Origin: Eubacterium sp.
GTDB taxonomy: Bacteria; Bacillota; Clostridia; Lachnospirales; Lachnospiraceae
Reading direction: 5' to 3'
Length of the DNA: 64,000 bases
Assembly: GCA_017459345.1 (NCBI GenBank)
Contig: JAFUDC010000138.1
Coordinates: forward strand, 10,853-74,852
Below the pieces are notes generated by a model that saw nothing but the letters and a program-made list of their open reading frames with translations, did not search any database and was not told the origin of the DNA. This document shows positions 41,507-51,270 of the stretch, piece by piece; the first letter of the stretch is position 1, and the number at the start of each line of letters is the position of its first letter. Position numbers and translations under genes: made by a program.

Positions 41507-41634
41507 AAACCCCACCTCCATAATAATGAGTTTGCAGCAGCGATTCTACAAATATGCCCATAAATAAGGTTTTGAATGGCTGCTTATTGTGAATGTTTCA
41601 GGTATTAAAGGAAATATGCCATTCCTACTTATAT

Positions 41635-41682
41635 ATCATAATATTTTTTATAAAAAAAGAAAATATAGAAAAATATTTCACT
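41635..41682 (-). promoter_or_regulatory. Operator (41665-41682) and -10 box (TATGAT) for the leftward dehydrogenase operon
   Basis: Minus strand reads AGTGAA-ATATTT-TTCTAT; TATGAT starts 25 nt after the site ends. Confidence 0.65.
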
Positions 41683-41760
41683 AAAAACGGCAGTCATTAT
41701 GTTAAATAATAGACAAAATAACCATAGTCAGATTGGGGTTATCCTGATTCTTTGGTTAAT

Positions 41761-41808
41761 ATTGAAAAAAATTTCTATATTGTGATGAGCTAAACATGTA
41801 GATATAAT
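41761..41808 (+). promoter_or_regulatory. Operator (41761-41778) and promoter for the rightward dehydrogenase-kinase operon
   Basis: ATTGAA-AAAAAT-TTCTAT, then TTGTGA(41780)-17 nt-TATAAT(41803). Confidence 0.7.
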
Positions 41809-41964
41809 ATTTATTAATAGGTCTTTGTGCACAAATATATTAGTTTGTTACATGGTTTAATATGTGAATTGTCTATAGTCGGGGCGCCCCCGGCATGGGA
41901 GTTTTTGTCAGATCAAAGAAGACTCTCTCCTGTATAGAGGATCACAGAGAAATGAGGATTTCTT

Positions 41965-43407
41965 ATGTATGATGTAATGATTATCGGAGGAGGAATCTCC
42001 GGATGTACCATAGCCAGAGAACTATCGCGTTACAAGGCCAATGTATGCCTGCTGGAGAAGGGGGACGATGTGGCGTCCGGCACCTCCAAGGTGAACGGGG
42101 GAGCATTTCATGCAGGATATGACCCCAAGCCCGGAACCATGATGGCCAGGATGAATGTCCGGGGTAATGAACTGGTTCATGAACTTGCTGATGTCCTGGA
42201 TTATCCGGCCCACTGGACAGGGGCCATGGTGGTATGTATTGACCCGGAGGAGAGATATAAGCTGGATACCCTCTATGAACAGGGAGTGGAGAACGGAGTG
42301 CCTGACCTCAGGATCCTGGAGAAGGATGAGGTCCTGGAGATGGAACCCAACCTGTCGCAGAATGTGGTAGCTGCCCTATATGCACCCACTGCCGGTTATA
42401 CCTGCCCCATGCAGTATACCATTGCATTTGCTGAGAGTGCTGCCATCAACGGAGTGGAGTTCAGGTTTGAGACAAAGGTAACCAACATCATCCGTAAAGA
42501 GGATCATTACATCCTCGAGACGACCAAGGGGAATTTCGAGACCAGGGCGGTGGTGAATGCTGCCGGTCTCTATGCCGATGAATTCCACAATATGATGAGC
42601 AGCGATAAGATACATATCACTCCCCGAAAGGGAGAGTACCTGCTCCTGGATAAGCCTTACGGTGAAACCTTTAAGGCAACCATCATGGTGCTGCCGGGTA
42701 AGATGGGCAAGGGTGTCCTCACGGCACCGACCATACACGGCAACCTCTATGTTGGGCCCACCTCCTATGATATCGAGGATAAGGAGGGAGTAAATACTAC
42801 CCGGGAGTACCTGGACAGCTTACTTCACGAGATGGAGCACCATCTGATCAATGAGGTTAAGCTTCCTGCCAGTAAGATTATCACTTCCTTTGCCGGTCTT
42901 CGTGCCCATGAAGATGGCCATGACTTTATCGTGAAGGAATTGCCGGAAGCACCGCTCTTCTTTGAGGCGGCTGGAATCGAATCCCCCGGTCTTACCAGCG
43001 CCCCGGCCATTGCCGAGTACCTGGTGGGCCTGATCAGCCAGAGGATGGAGCTTAGCGAAAAATCCGACTTTATTCCGGAACGGAAGAATGTAGTCAAGCT
43101 GGCAAAGATGACTATGGAAGAGCGCAATGCCCTGATTAAGGAGAAGCCGGAATTCGGCCAGATCATCTGCCGCTGTGAGATGATCACAGAGGGTGAGATC
43201 GTGGATGCCATCAACCGGCCGGTGGGTGCAACCTCCTTAGATGGAGTCAAGCGCCGGGTAAGAGCAGGCATGGGCAGATGCCAGGGCGGCTTCTGTACCC
43301 CCAAGGTGATGCAGATCCTTGCCAGGGAGCTTGGCAGAGATATGACAGAGATCACCAAGAAGGGTCATGGCTCTGAGATGCTTGTCGGGAAGATAAAGAT
43401 GAACTGA
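41965..43407 (+). CDS. GlpA/LhgO-like FAD dehydrogenase with BFD-like [2Fe-2S] domain, copy 2
   Basis: GGGISG, SGTSKVNGGAFH, GIESPGLT and CRCE...GRCQGGFC; colinear with copy 1 over its full length. Confidence 0.85.
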   Translation: MYDVMIIGGGISGCTIARELSRYKANVCLLEKGDDVASGTSKVNGGAFHAGYDPKPGTMMARMNVRGNELVHELADVLDYPAHWTGAMVVCIDPEERYKLDTLYEQGVENGVPDLRILEKDEVLEMEPNLSQNVVAALYAPTAGYTCPMQYTIAFAESAAINGVEFRFETKVTNIIRKEDHYILETTKGNFETRAVVNAAGLYADEFHNMMSSDKIHITPRKGEYLLLDKPYGETFKATIMVLPGKMGKGVLTAPTIHGNLYVGPTSYDIEDKEGVNTTREYLDSLLHEMEHHLINEVKLPASKIITSFAGLRAHEDGHDFIVKELPEAPLFFEAAGIESPGLTSAPAIAEYLVGLISQRMELSEKSDFIPERKNVVKLAKMTMEERNALIKEKPEFGQIICRCEMITEGEIVDAINRPVGATSLDGVKRRVRAGMGRCQGGFCTPKVMQILARELGRDMTEITKKGHGSEMLVGKIKMN

Positions 43408-43498
43408 AAAACACGGATAACCCCATATTCCTGTGTTTTTGTTATATATGCGGCCATAGCCGCCCGAAAACTCATAATACTAAGAGGAGGTATTCACT

Positions 43499-45052
43499 AT
43501 GGAAAAGAAACAGTATGTCTTAGGTGTTGACCTTGGTACCACAAGTGCAAAATCCGTTATCATGGACCTGCAGGGTAATGCAGTAGGTATCGGACAGCTG
43601 GACAATCCCCTGACCTATTACAAGAATGGATTTGCAGAGATTGACGGACCTCAGATGATTGAGAATATCTATGCGACAACCCGTATGGCCATCGAACAGT
43701 GGAATGGAGATCCTAAGGACATCATCGGTATCTCTTTCTGTATGTTCAGAAGTACCATGGTAATGCGTACGGCAGACGGCGGCTTTGCTGTTCCGATTTC
43801 TATCTGGCAGGATCTTCGAGGCGGCGAGATGCTTGACTGGGAAGCTGAGCAGATTCCGGAGAAGGAACTCTATGATAACTGCGGTATGCCCAACTATGCA
43901 GCCAACCCCTCCGCAAGATTGTTCTGGTATATGAAGAACAACCCGGAAGCATATGAGAAGACCACAGATATCCACACCATGCAGGGCTTCCTGACCAAGG
44001 CTTATGGTGCAGATGATTATTATGATGACCTGACCTGCTCACCATATATGCAGATGAACGGGCATGACTTCGAGTACAAGAAAGAGCTCTGTGATGTATT
44101 TGGCGTTGATATCAACAAGCTGGCTCCTCTTAAGAAGTCTCTTGAGATCATCGGACACGTTACCGAAGAAGTAGCAGCCAAGACCGGTCTTGCTGTTGGT
44201 ACTCCTCTGGTTATGGGTACCGGCGACCAGCAGTGTGGTACACTGGGTACAGGTGTTGTTGACTCCACAGTTGGATATACCTGCGGCGGTACCGCTGGTC
44301 TTTCCATCGTTAACTCTGATGATTTCATCCGTGACCCCAATGGAAAGTGCTACGTTCTGGGAACACCGGCAGGACAGTGGTGTATCGAGGGTCTGTCCAA
44401 CAATGCAGGCTCCGCTTACAAGTGGGTAAAACAGGTAATGTGTACATCTCTGGCTGTACAGGCTGCAGAGCAGGGAAGAGACATCTATGATCTCATGAGT
44501 GAACTGGCTGATTCCGCAGGTGTCGGTGCTCACGGCGTTATGTTCCTCAACTACTTATCCGGTGCAACCACACCGAATAACAATGTTAATGCCCGCGGCT
44601 GCTTCCTTGGTATGACCATGGCAACAGATAAGGCTGACTTTATCCGTGCTGCCCTTGAGGGTGTTGTATTTGACCTTAAGGATATGTTCGATGCCATCCT
44701 TGATGCCGGCGTTAAGGACTTTGACGTAGTTCGTACCACAGGCGGTCTTGCCAGAAGTGATGTCTTCAATCAGATTCAGGCAGACGTTTACAACAAGGCT
44801 GTTGAGACAGTTGCAGTAGAAGAAGGAACCGGTATCGGCTGTGGTATCATGGCTGCAGTAGGCGTAGGCGCTTATCCGGATCTGAAGACAGCTGCAGAGA
44901 ACATGGTTAAGGTTGTTAAGAGATATGAGCCGATTCCGGAGAACGTAGAGAAATATAAAGTGATCTACGATGCATGGAGACAGGCTTATAAGTCCATCAA
45001 CGAAGGCGGAACCTTCGATGATCTTGCCAAGATCCAGAAGATGGCTGAGTAA
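43499..45052 (+). CDS. FGGY-family carbohydrate/polyol kinase
   Basis: GVDLGTTSAK, GTGDQQ, FIRAALEG and GGLARSDVFNQIQAD. It lacks the diagnostic glycerol-kinase motifs, so it is not called glpK. Confidence 0.85.
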   Translation: MEKKQYVLGVDLGTTSAKSVIMDLQGNAVGIGQLDNPLTYYKNGFAEIDGPQMIENIYATTRMAIEQWNGDPKDIIGISFCMFRSTMVMRTADGGFAVPISIWQDLRGGEMLDWEAEQIPEKELYDNCGMPNYAANPSARLFWYMKNNPEAYEKTTDIHTMQGFLTKAYGADDYYDDLTCSPYMQMNGHDFEYKKELCDVFGVDINKLAPLKKSLEIIGHVTEEVAAKTGLAVGTPLVMGTGDQQCGTLGTGVVDSTVGYTCGGTAGLSIVNSDDFIRDPNGKCYVLGTPAGQWCIEGLSNNAGSAYKWVKQVMCTSLAVQAAEQGRDIYDLMSELADSAGVGAHGVMFLNYLSGATTPNNNVNARGCFLGMTMATDKADFIRAALEGVVFDLKDMFDAILDAGVKDFDVVRTTGGLARSDVFNQIQADVYNKAVETVAVEEGTGIGCGIMAAVGVGAYPDLKTAAENMVKVVKRYEPIPENVEKYKVIYDAWRQAYKSINEGGTFDDLAKIQKMAE

Positions 45053-45122
45053 TTGCCTTAGAAGATCCGAAATCGGATTGCAGGTTAAGTAAGTTCTCAT
45101 ACTTAATGTCATACATGTACGG

Positions 45123-45157
45123 GAATGCCCGCACCGCTTATTGCGGTGCGGGCATTC
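45123..45157 (+). terminator. Terminator hairpin after the kinase
   Basis: GAATGCCCGCACCGC/GCGGTGCGGGCATTC 15-bp stem. Confidence 0.7.
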
Positions 45158-45251
45158 TTAGTGTATAGTATATTTAGTCCAATTTGTTACTACGCAGAGC
45201 CATGCAGATTTTTGGACAATGTGCTTATATCAGCAAAAGGAGGATATTATC

Positions 45252-45899
45252 ATGTTAGATGCGATATTAAAATCAAGAAAACTCTTAGCTGACCAGCTGA
45301 TCCGCAAGATGGAAGCCCGTCAGTTTGAAGCCTGCTACGTTGAGACAGGGGCCGAAGCTTTCGAGAAGGTCTGTTCCTATTTTACTGATGGATGTACCAT
45401 CACCGCAGGCGGGTCTACCAGCTTAAAGCAGATCGGCCTGCTCCCCTATCTGGAAGGGGAAGGCGGAGCCAAATATAACTATATCGACAGAGGCAAGGCA
45501 AAAACAACCCTGGAAAAACGGGAAATTTTCTCCAAGGCTGCCCTGGCTGACTATTATCTCATGAGCACCAACGCTCTGACTTTAGATGGAGAGCTGGTCA
45601 ATGTGGACGGGGTCGGCAACCGGGTAGCTGCCCTCTGCTTCGGGCCGGAGAACGTAATTATCGTGGTCAGCCTCAATAAGGTGGCCAAGGATGTGAGGGA
45701 AGCCATGGACAGGGTCCGCAATCAGGCCGCCCCGCCCAATGCTCTTCGCTTAAACTGTGACACGCCATGTACTAAGACTGGCAGCTGCGGCAACTGCTTA
45801 AAGCCGGACTGCATCTGCGCAGACCTGCTGGTGACAAGATTCTCCAGGGTTCCCGGCAGAATTAAAGTGGTTCTGGTTGGAGAAGACCTGGGATTCTGA
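45252..45899 (+). CDS. LUD-domain (LutC/YkgG-like) protein
   Basis: GGSTSL, STNALTLDGELVNVDGVGNRVAA and a Cys-rich TPCTKTGSCGNC...CIC. Confidence 0.8.
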   Translation: MLDAILKSRKLLADQLIRKMEARQFEACYVETGAEAFEKVCSYFTDGCTITAGGSTSLKQIGLLPYLEGEGGAKYNYIDRGKAKTTLEKREIFSKAALADYYLMSTNALTLDGELVNVDGVGNRVAALCFGPENVIIVVSLNKVAKDVREAMDRVRNQAAPPNALRLNCDTPCTKTGSCGNCLKPDCICADLLVTRFSRVPGRIKVVLVGEDLGF

Positions 45900-45915
45900 T
45901 AGTATCCGGTAAGTA

Positions 45916-46542
45916 CTACAGGTCATCCTCGGAATAGAATAATTTATTCTCACAGATCATCTCGGTTTTTCCATCGATGCATTCGAAAATGACGGCGGAG
46001 CAGTTCTTGCCAAAGGTGGATTTCCAGAGCATATCGATGGGTCTGCCGGTCAGGTTCAGGATGAAGCATCGAATGAGGGTGGCGTGGGAGGATACCAGGA
46101 TGGTCTCATACTTTCCCTCCAGAGGGAGAATACGTTCCTTGTAGAAGGTATCTGCCCGGCCTAAAAGATGGGGATAAGACTCGCCGCCCTTGACAGGGCG
46201 ATAATGAGCCGGATCATTAAAGTATCTCTGATAACGGACAAAATGCGGATCATTCAGCGTCTTTCCGAAGTTTCTGCCGTTGTCCTTACCGAAGTCGATT
46301 TCCTTTAAGAGATCATCCTTGATGATCTCAACAGGCCTGTCCCGCCTCAGAATCTGTGCTGTTATGTAGGAGCGCTGCAGGGGACTGGAGAAGATGCAGT
46401 CAAAAGGAATATCCTTCATTCCCTCAGAGGCAAGCTCTGCCTGCCTGATGCCCAGAGCATTCAAGGGGATGTTGAGCTGACCCTGCAATTTCTTTTTTAC
46501 ATTCCAGTCAGTTTCTCCGTGGCGTACAAAGTATATTTTCAT
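45916..46542 (-). CDS. Histidine phosphatase family protein
   Basis: RHGETDWN, SSPLQRS and SHA; start placed at MKIYFVRHG after GGAG. Confidence 0.88.
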   Translation of the reverse strand: MKIYFVRHGETDWNVKKKLQGQLNIPLNALGIRQAELASEGMKDIPFDCIFSSPLQRSYITAQILRRDRPVEIIKDDLLKEIDFGKDNGRNFGKTLNDPHFVRYQRYFNDPAHYRPVKGGESYPHLLGRADTFYKERILPLEGKYETILVSSHATLIRCFILNLTGRPIDMLWKSTFGKNCSAVIFECIDGKTEMICENKLFYSEDDL

Positions 46543-46787
46543 TGGGGCTCCTTTCAGTAGTATATTTGACCAGGAAATGTTTTGTATGTCCTTATTATAC
46601 TTATTTTTATAATATAAGTCCAGCTTTGGCGCCGGACTGACGGGTTCTGTAACAGTATATTGTTTGTGCTGCATTCAGTTTGGGTCATTCAAAATAAGCT
46701 TGATGTTAATTATGTCAGATTCTACCATTATTAATAAACTTAATCACAAATTTGTCTCACTTAAAATATAATTGCTGGAGGTTATTT

Positions 46788-47882
46788 ATGAGCTACGTAT
46801 TTGTAAGTCCGGGTAAGTATATCCAGGGCAAGGGAATTCTTAAAGATATTGCAGAATACACGGCCCCGATTGGAAAGAAACCATTTATACTCTTTAGTGC
46901 AGGCGGCATGAAGCGCTTCGGGGATATGGTCCGAAAATCCTTTGCAGACCAGGGTATTGAACCTGTTATGGAGACCTTTGGGGGAGAGGTTACCAGGCAG
47001 GAGATTGACCGTCAGGCCCTGACTGCCGACAGTCATGGCTGTGATTATGTGATCGGAATCGGAGGGGGCAAGGTGACGGACACCGGTAAGTTTGTCGCCG
47101 TAAGATGTAAGCTGCCCACTGTTGTATGCCCGACGATTGCGGCAACGGATGCTCCGACCCCGGGAAGAGCTGTATTATACTCTGAAGAGGGAGTCTCCCT
47201 TAAGACTTATCAGCTGCCCAGGAATCCGGAGCTGGTTCTTGTGGATGCAGAGGTGATTGGAAAAGCTCCCGTAAGACTTCTGGTTTCCGGAATGGGAGAT
47301 GCCCTGGCAACCCGCTTTGAGACTGAAGCATGTCTCAGCACCAACTCGAAGAATCCGGCGGGCGGCTATACCACCGTGGCAGGAGCTTCCCTTGCCCGGG
47401 CCTGCTACAATACTCTGATAGAGTTTGGAGCCCAGGCAAAGAAGGATGCCATGAATGGCGATTGCAGTCTGGCTGTGGAGCGGATTGTTGAGGTCAATAC
47501 CCTACTTTCGGGCCTGGGTTTTGAGAGTGGCGGCCTGGCTTCTGCCCACGCCATCAACAAGGGTCTTACCCATGTCAAGGACTGTGATGCTTACTATCAT
47601 GGGGAGAAAGTGGCCTTCGGAACCTTATGTCAGTTGATCATGGAGGGAAAGGATGAGGAGCTGATAAAAGAAGTCTTTGATTTCTGCCACAGCGTGGGAC
47701 TACCCATCACTTTAAAGGAGATCGGGCTGACTCCTGATGACACGGACAAGCTGATGACGGCAGCAAAGGTAGCTGGAGACCCGGCAGGCCATACGAAAAA
47801 CGAGCCTATGAAGGTGACACCGGAGATGGTTTATGAGGCTATGCTGGAGGTCAACCGGAGAGGGGAGAAGTATTCGTTATGA
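46788..47882 (+). CDS. gldA: Glycerol dehydrogenase (NAD, metal-dependent) or close polyol dehydrogenase
   Basis: SPGKYIQG, GGGKVTD, PTIAATDAP, GMGDALATRFE and AHAI...HGEKVAFG. Confidence 0.8.
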   Translation: MSYVFVSPGKYIQGKGILKDIAEYTAPIGKKPFILFSAGGMKRFGDMVRKSFADQGIEPVMETFGGEVTRQEIDRQALTADSHGCDYVIGIGGGKVTDTGKFVAVRCKLPTVVCPTIAATDAPTPGRAVLYSEEGVSLKTYQLPRNPELVLVDAEVIGKAPVRLLVSGMGDALATRFETEACLSTNSKNPAGGYTTVAGASLARACYNTLIEFGAQAKKDAMNGDCSLAVERIVEVNTLLSGLGFESGGLASAHAINKGLTHVKDCDAYYHGEKVAFGTLCQLIMEGKDEELIKEVFDFCHSVGLPITLKEIGLTPDDTDKLMTAAKVAGDPAGHTKNEPMKVTPEMVYEAMLEVNRRGEKYSL

Positions 47883-47889
47883 CGGCTTT

Positions 47890-47916
47890 AGGGGGCTGAG
47901 AAATCAGCCCCCTTTT
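47890..47916. terminator. Terminator between convergent gldA and pgm
   Basis: AGGGGGCTGA/TCAGCCCCCT stem plus a T run. Confidence 0.7.
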
Positions 47917-47934
47917 CTATTGATAAAATATATA

Positions 47935-49617
47935 CTAAGCAAACAGAGGAGCCAGTGCAGCGGCCAGCTCATCCTTCTGGGCCTGAGCCTCATCAAGATC
48001 CTTACCCAGTGTGGTAAAGTAGGTCTTGATCTTGGGCTCTGTTCCGGATGGACGAACGATTACGGATGCGCCGCCTTCCAGGTTATACCTTAATACGTTG
48101 GAAGCGGGAAGTCCGGTAGCCTGGCTGTCCTTGTAGTCGATGGAACCGGTTACCTTATAAGGACCGAATGCAGCGGGCGGGTCATTGCGGAGAGAGTCCA
48201 TGATGCCGGCCATCTTGTCCATGCCGGTCAGTCCCGGGAACTCGAAGCTGTCTACCTTGTTAAGGTAGCGGCCGTACTCTGTGTAGATCTCCTCTAAGCG
48301 CTGCTTGATGGAGCTGCCGATGCTTCTGTAGTAGGCGGCCATCTCACAGATCAGCATGGAGCCAACGATGGCGTCCTTATCCCTTACATATGGTCCTGCC
48401 AGGTATCCGTAGCTCTCCTCAAAGCCGAAGATGAAGCGTTCAACCTCACCATCTGCCTCAAGGCCGGCAATCTGATCGCCGATCCACTTAAAGCCGGTTA
48501 AGACATTGCGCATCTCTACGCCATAGTGGTCTGCAATGGCATCAGCCAGGGGAGTGGATACGATGGATTTTACTGCAACGGGCTTCTCGGGAAGAGTACC
48601 CTTTTCTATACGGCCTGCACAGATGTAATCCAGCAGGAGGGCGCCCATCTCATTGCCGCTTACCAGCTCATAGGAACCATCCTCACACTTCATGGCAATA
48701 CCTACCCGGTCTGCGTCAGGGTCTGTTGCAAGCATGAGGTCTGCACCAGTCTCTTTGGCACATTCCAGACCCAGCTTTAAGGCGTCGAAAATCTCCGGAT
48801 TGGGATAGGAGCATGTGGTAAAGTAGCCGTTTGGATATTCCTGATCGGCAACGATGGTGATATCCTCGATGCCCATATGTTTTAATACGGTGGTTACCGG
48901 AACCAGGCCGGTACCGTTTAAGGGGCTGTAAACCAGTTGAAGACCTGCAGTCTTAGCAAGACCCGGGCGAACCTGGCAGGCTTCGATGGCGGCATAGAGG
49001 CCTTCCTTACACTCATCATCCACATACTTGATGATACCTTCGTTCACTGCCTTGGCAAAGGACATGAATTTGGCTCCGGTGAGTACATCTGTCTTCTGGA
49101 TCTCATCATAGACGATGGCGGCGGCAGCATCTGTCATCTGGCATCCATCCGGGCCATAAGCCTTGTAGCCGTTATACTTAGCCGGATTGTGGGATGCAGT
49201 TACCATGATGCCGGCGTTGCAGTTGTAGTAGCGGGTGGCAAAGGATAAGGCCGGAACAGGCATCAGGGCATCGTAGATCCGGACATTGATCCCGTTGGCG
49301 GCAAGAACGCCGGCAGCGGTCTTGGCAAATACATCACTCTTTAAGCGGCTGTCATAGGCGATGGCCACGGTCTGGCTGCCCCCCTGGGTCTTTACCCAGT
49401 TGGCAAGTCCCTGGGTAGCCTGGCGTACCACATAGATGTTCATCCGGTTGGTACCTGCCCCCAGCACACCTCTAAGACCTGCGGTTCCGAACTTCAATGA
49501 AACAGCAAAGCGATCTGCAATCTCATCATCATTGCCTTCAATCTTCATCAGCTCCGGCTTTAGGTCACAGTCCTCAAGATCTGCTGCAAGCCAGCGTTTG
49601 TATTCATCCTGGTACAT
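47935..49617 (-). CDS. pgm: Phosphoglucomutase/phosphomannomutase
   Basis: FGTAGLRG, TASHNP, DPDADR, FEES and RPSGTEPK. Confidence 0.92.
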   Translation of the reverse strand: MYQDEYKRWLAADLEDCDLKPELMKIEGNDDEIADRFAVSLKFGTAGLRGVLGAGTNRMNIYVVRQATQGLANWVKTQGGSQTVAIAYDSRLKSDVFAKTAAGVLAANGINVRIYDALMPVPALSFATRYYNCNAGIMVTASHNPAKYNGYKAYGPDGCQMTDAAAAIVYDEIQKTDVLTGAKFMSFAKAVNEGIIKYVDDECKEGLYAAIEACQVRPGLAKTAGLQLVYSPLNGTGLVPVTTVLKHMGIEDITIVADQEYPNGYFTTCSYPNPEIFDALKLGLECAKETGADLMLATDPDADRVGIAMKCEDGSYELVSGNEMGALLLDYICAGRIEKGTLPEKPVAVKSIVSTPLADAIADHYGVEMRNVLTGFKWIGDQIAGLEADGEVERFIFGFEESYGYLAGPYVRDKDAIVGSMLICEMAAYYRSIGSSIKQRLEEIYTEYGRYLNKVDSFEFPGLTGMDKMAGIMDSLRNDPPAAFGPYKVTGSIDYKDSQATGLPASNVLRYNLEGGASVIVRPSGTEPKIKTYFTTLGKDLDEAQAQKDELAAALAPLFA

Positions 49618-49721
49618 CTTGTTAGTCTCCTTTCGTATAGGGTATAAATTAGTTAATTGCGAAACTCTGTCACGACTTTAAAATGTTCCTGCGTCTCGCC
49701 GATGCCTGGACATTTTCTTCT

Positions 49722-51137
49722 TTATCTGCTTACATCAAAGATAGTAATAGCCTTTTCGCCATCCTTAAAAGCATATACTTTATCATCAATACAGGTAATA
49801 TCCTTATATTCATATTTCAGAAGCTGTTTGCCGGTGATGGTATCAAAGAGCCCATAGGAATCGGTTTTGTCATCATAAGCTTTGAGCAGTCCAAAGCCGA
49901 TTGGGCCGGCCTGGTCAAACTTTAAAGTATAATTCTTTTTATCGAAGACATAATAGTTTCTGCCTGAGTTGGCATCTAACTCGTAGGCACACATATTAGT
50001 GCTGTCAAAATTTCCCTTAAGACCCTGAGCCCAGAGGGTGCCCTTTATGTCAAAAACATCATAGACTGTATCTTCTCCTTCTTTTCGGCGGCCTTCAAAA
50101 TAGCCGCTGCCCAGCCAGGAGATGGAGGAATAGATACATTTGCTGATCTCAGTGCCGTCAGGCTTGATCAGGCCGCGTATATAGTCATCTCCGCCGGCAT
50201 CGTAATATACAAGAACATCTTCGGGGATATCTCCTTCGCGTGCAGCGCTTGCAGATACTCCTTCGAATCCCCCTCTCTTCTGTGCCGTAAAGAGTTCTTT
50301 ACCGGTTTTATCCATCAGAACCGGAAGATCAGAATCTGTAGTGTAGTATAGATAATCCGATCCCTGGGAAACACCGCGGAGAGATTTATCCGTGGAAAAG
50401 AGCTTCTTTAAGCTGCTGTCCAGAATATCGGTCGTGCTTCCGCTGCTGACAGAGTAAAAACCTCCCTTAATGCTGTAGGAAGAGGCATCATCCACAAGCA
50501 CCTTTCCGTCCTTGTCATAGATTTTGTAATTGCCATTATCATCTCTTACATACAATGTGTCACCAAGGGCATCAATTTTTCCTTTGGGACTGGTGATCTC
50601 TATACCTGGAACCTCTTTTCCCGTGATGACATCGTAGACGGTCATCTTTCCGGTATAGAGAGTATCATCTTTATCCGGTGATATTGAAAAAGACTTATCG
50701 GTCCCATATATCATGGCTTCTTCCTTGTTTTTGGTTTCTTTTAAAGCCACAGTAGATGTCCAGAAGCGGTCATTTAAACGAGTGTATATAGCCTGGGCAT
50801 AGGGGATAAGAATCTTTCCCTCCTTAGAAACCAATGCAGTCTCAGTCAAAGGATTTCCCTTTCTTTTCAGCATATAGAAACCATGGGCTTCCACTGTGAC
50901 ATCCTGCGCGCTGATATCCTTTATCTCTTTTCCCTCCGGTGTATAGAGAATAAAGTTATCCCCGGACTTCTTATAAATGTAATTCGATATCCTGATTTCA
51001 CCCTTCTCATCCTGGATCGTGCCTGATTCTTTCAGAACCGCAGGACTTGCTGCCTGCAGCCGGGCCGGAAGAAAGGACACGGCCATGAGGACGGCCAGAC
51101 TCATGGAAACAAGCTGTCTTAGCAGTTTCAATCTCAT
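49722..51137 (-). CDS. Secreted beta-rich protein with WG-like repeats, function unknown
   Basis: Signal peptide ending in ARLQA and repeated G-x-x-D/K-x-x-G-K units. Confidence 0.55.
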   Translation of the reverse strand: MRLKLLRQLVSMSLAVLMAVSFLPARLQAASPAVLKESGTIQDEKGEIRISNYIYKKSGDNFILYTPEGKEIKDISAQDVTVEAHGFYMLKRKGNPLTETALVSKEGKILIPYAQAIYTRLNDRFWTSTVALKETKNKEEAMIYGTDKSFSISPDKDDTLYTGKMTVYDVITGKEVPGIEITSPKGKIDALGDTLYVRDDNGNYKIYDKDGKVLVDDASSYSIKGGFYSVSSGSTTDILDSSLKKLFSTDKSLRGVSQGSDYLYYTTDSDLPVLMDKTGKELFTAQKRGGFEGVSASAAREGDIPEDVLVYYDAGGDDYIRGLIKPDGTEISKCIYSSISWLGSGYFEGRRKEGEDTVYDVFDIKGTLWAQGLKGNFDSTNMCAYELDANSGRNYYVFDKKNYTLKFDQAGPIGFGLLKAYDDKTDSYGLFDTITGKQLLKYEYKDITCIDDKVYAFKDGEKAITIFDVSR

Positions 51138-51212
51138 ACTTTTCCCCCTTTTTGATATTGGTCACATCTTGCTGCTGCCATACTGCCATTAACAAAAAGA
51201 GTATAGCAATAA

Positions 51213-51239
51213 TCCCCTGTAATATGATATCACAGGGGA
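51213..51239 (-). terminator. Hairpin downstream of fba
   Basis: TCCCCTGT/ACAGGGGA stem. Confidence 0.5.
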
Positions 51240-51270
51240 CTCATGTCAGTCAAAAGATATTCGCCTTATT

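Noticed and set aside
43499-45052. Calling this kinase glpK and the locus a plain glycerol operon
   Set aside because: Glycerol-kinase signatures (DQGTTSSR, NQRET, DPYFS, GDQQAALFG) are absent or altered, and there is no glpF or glpP.
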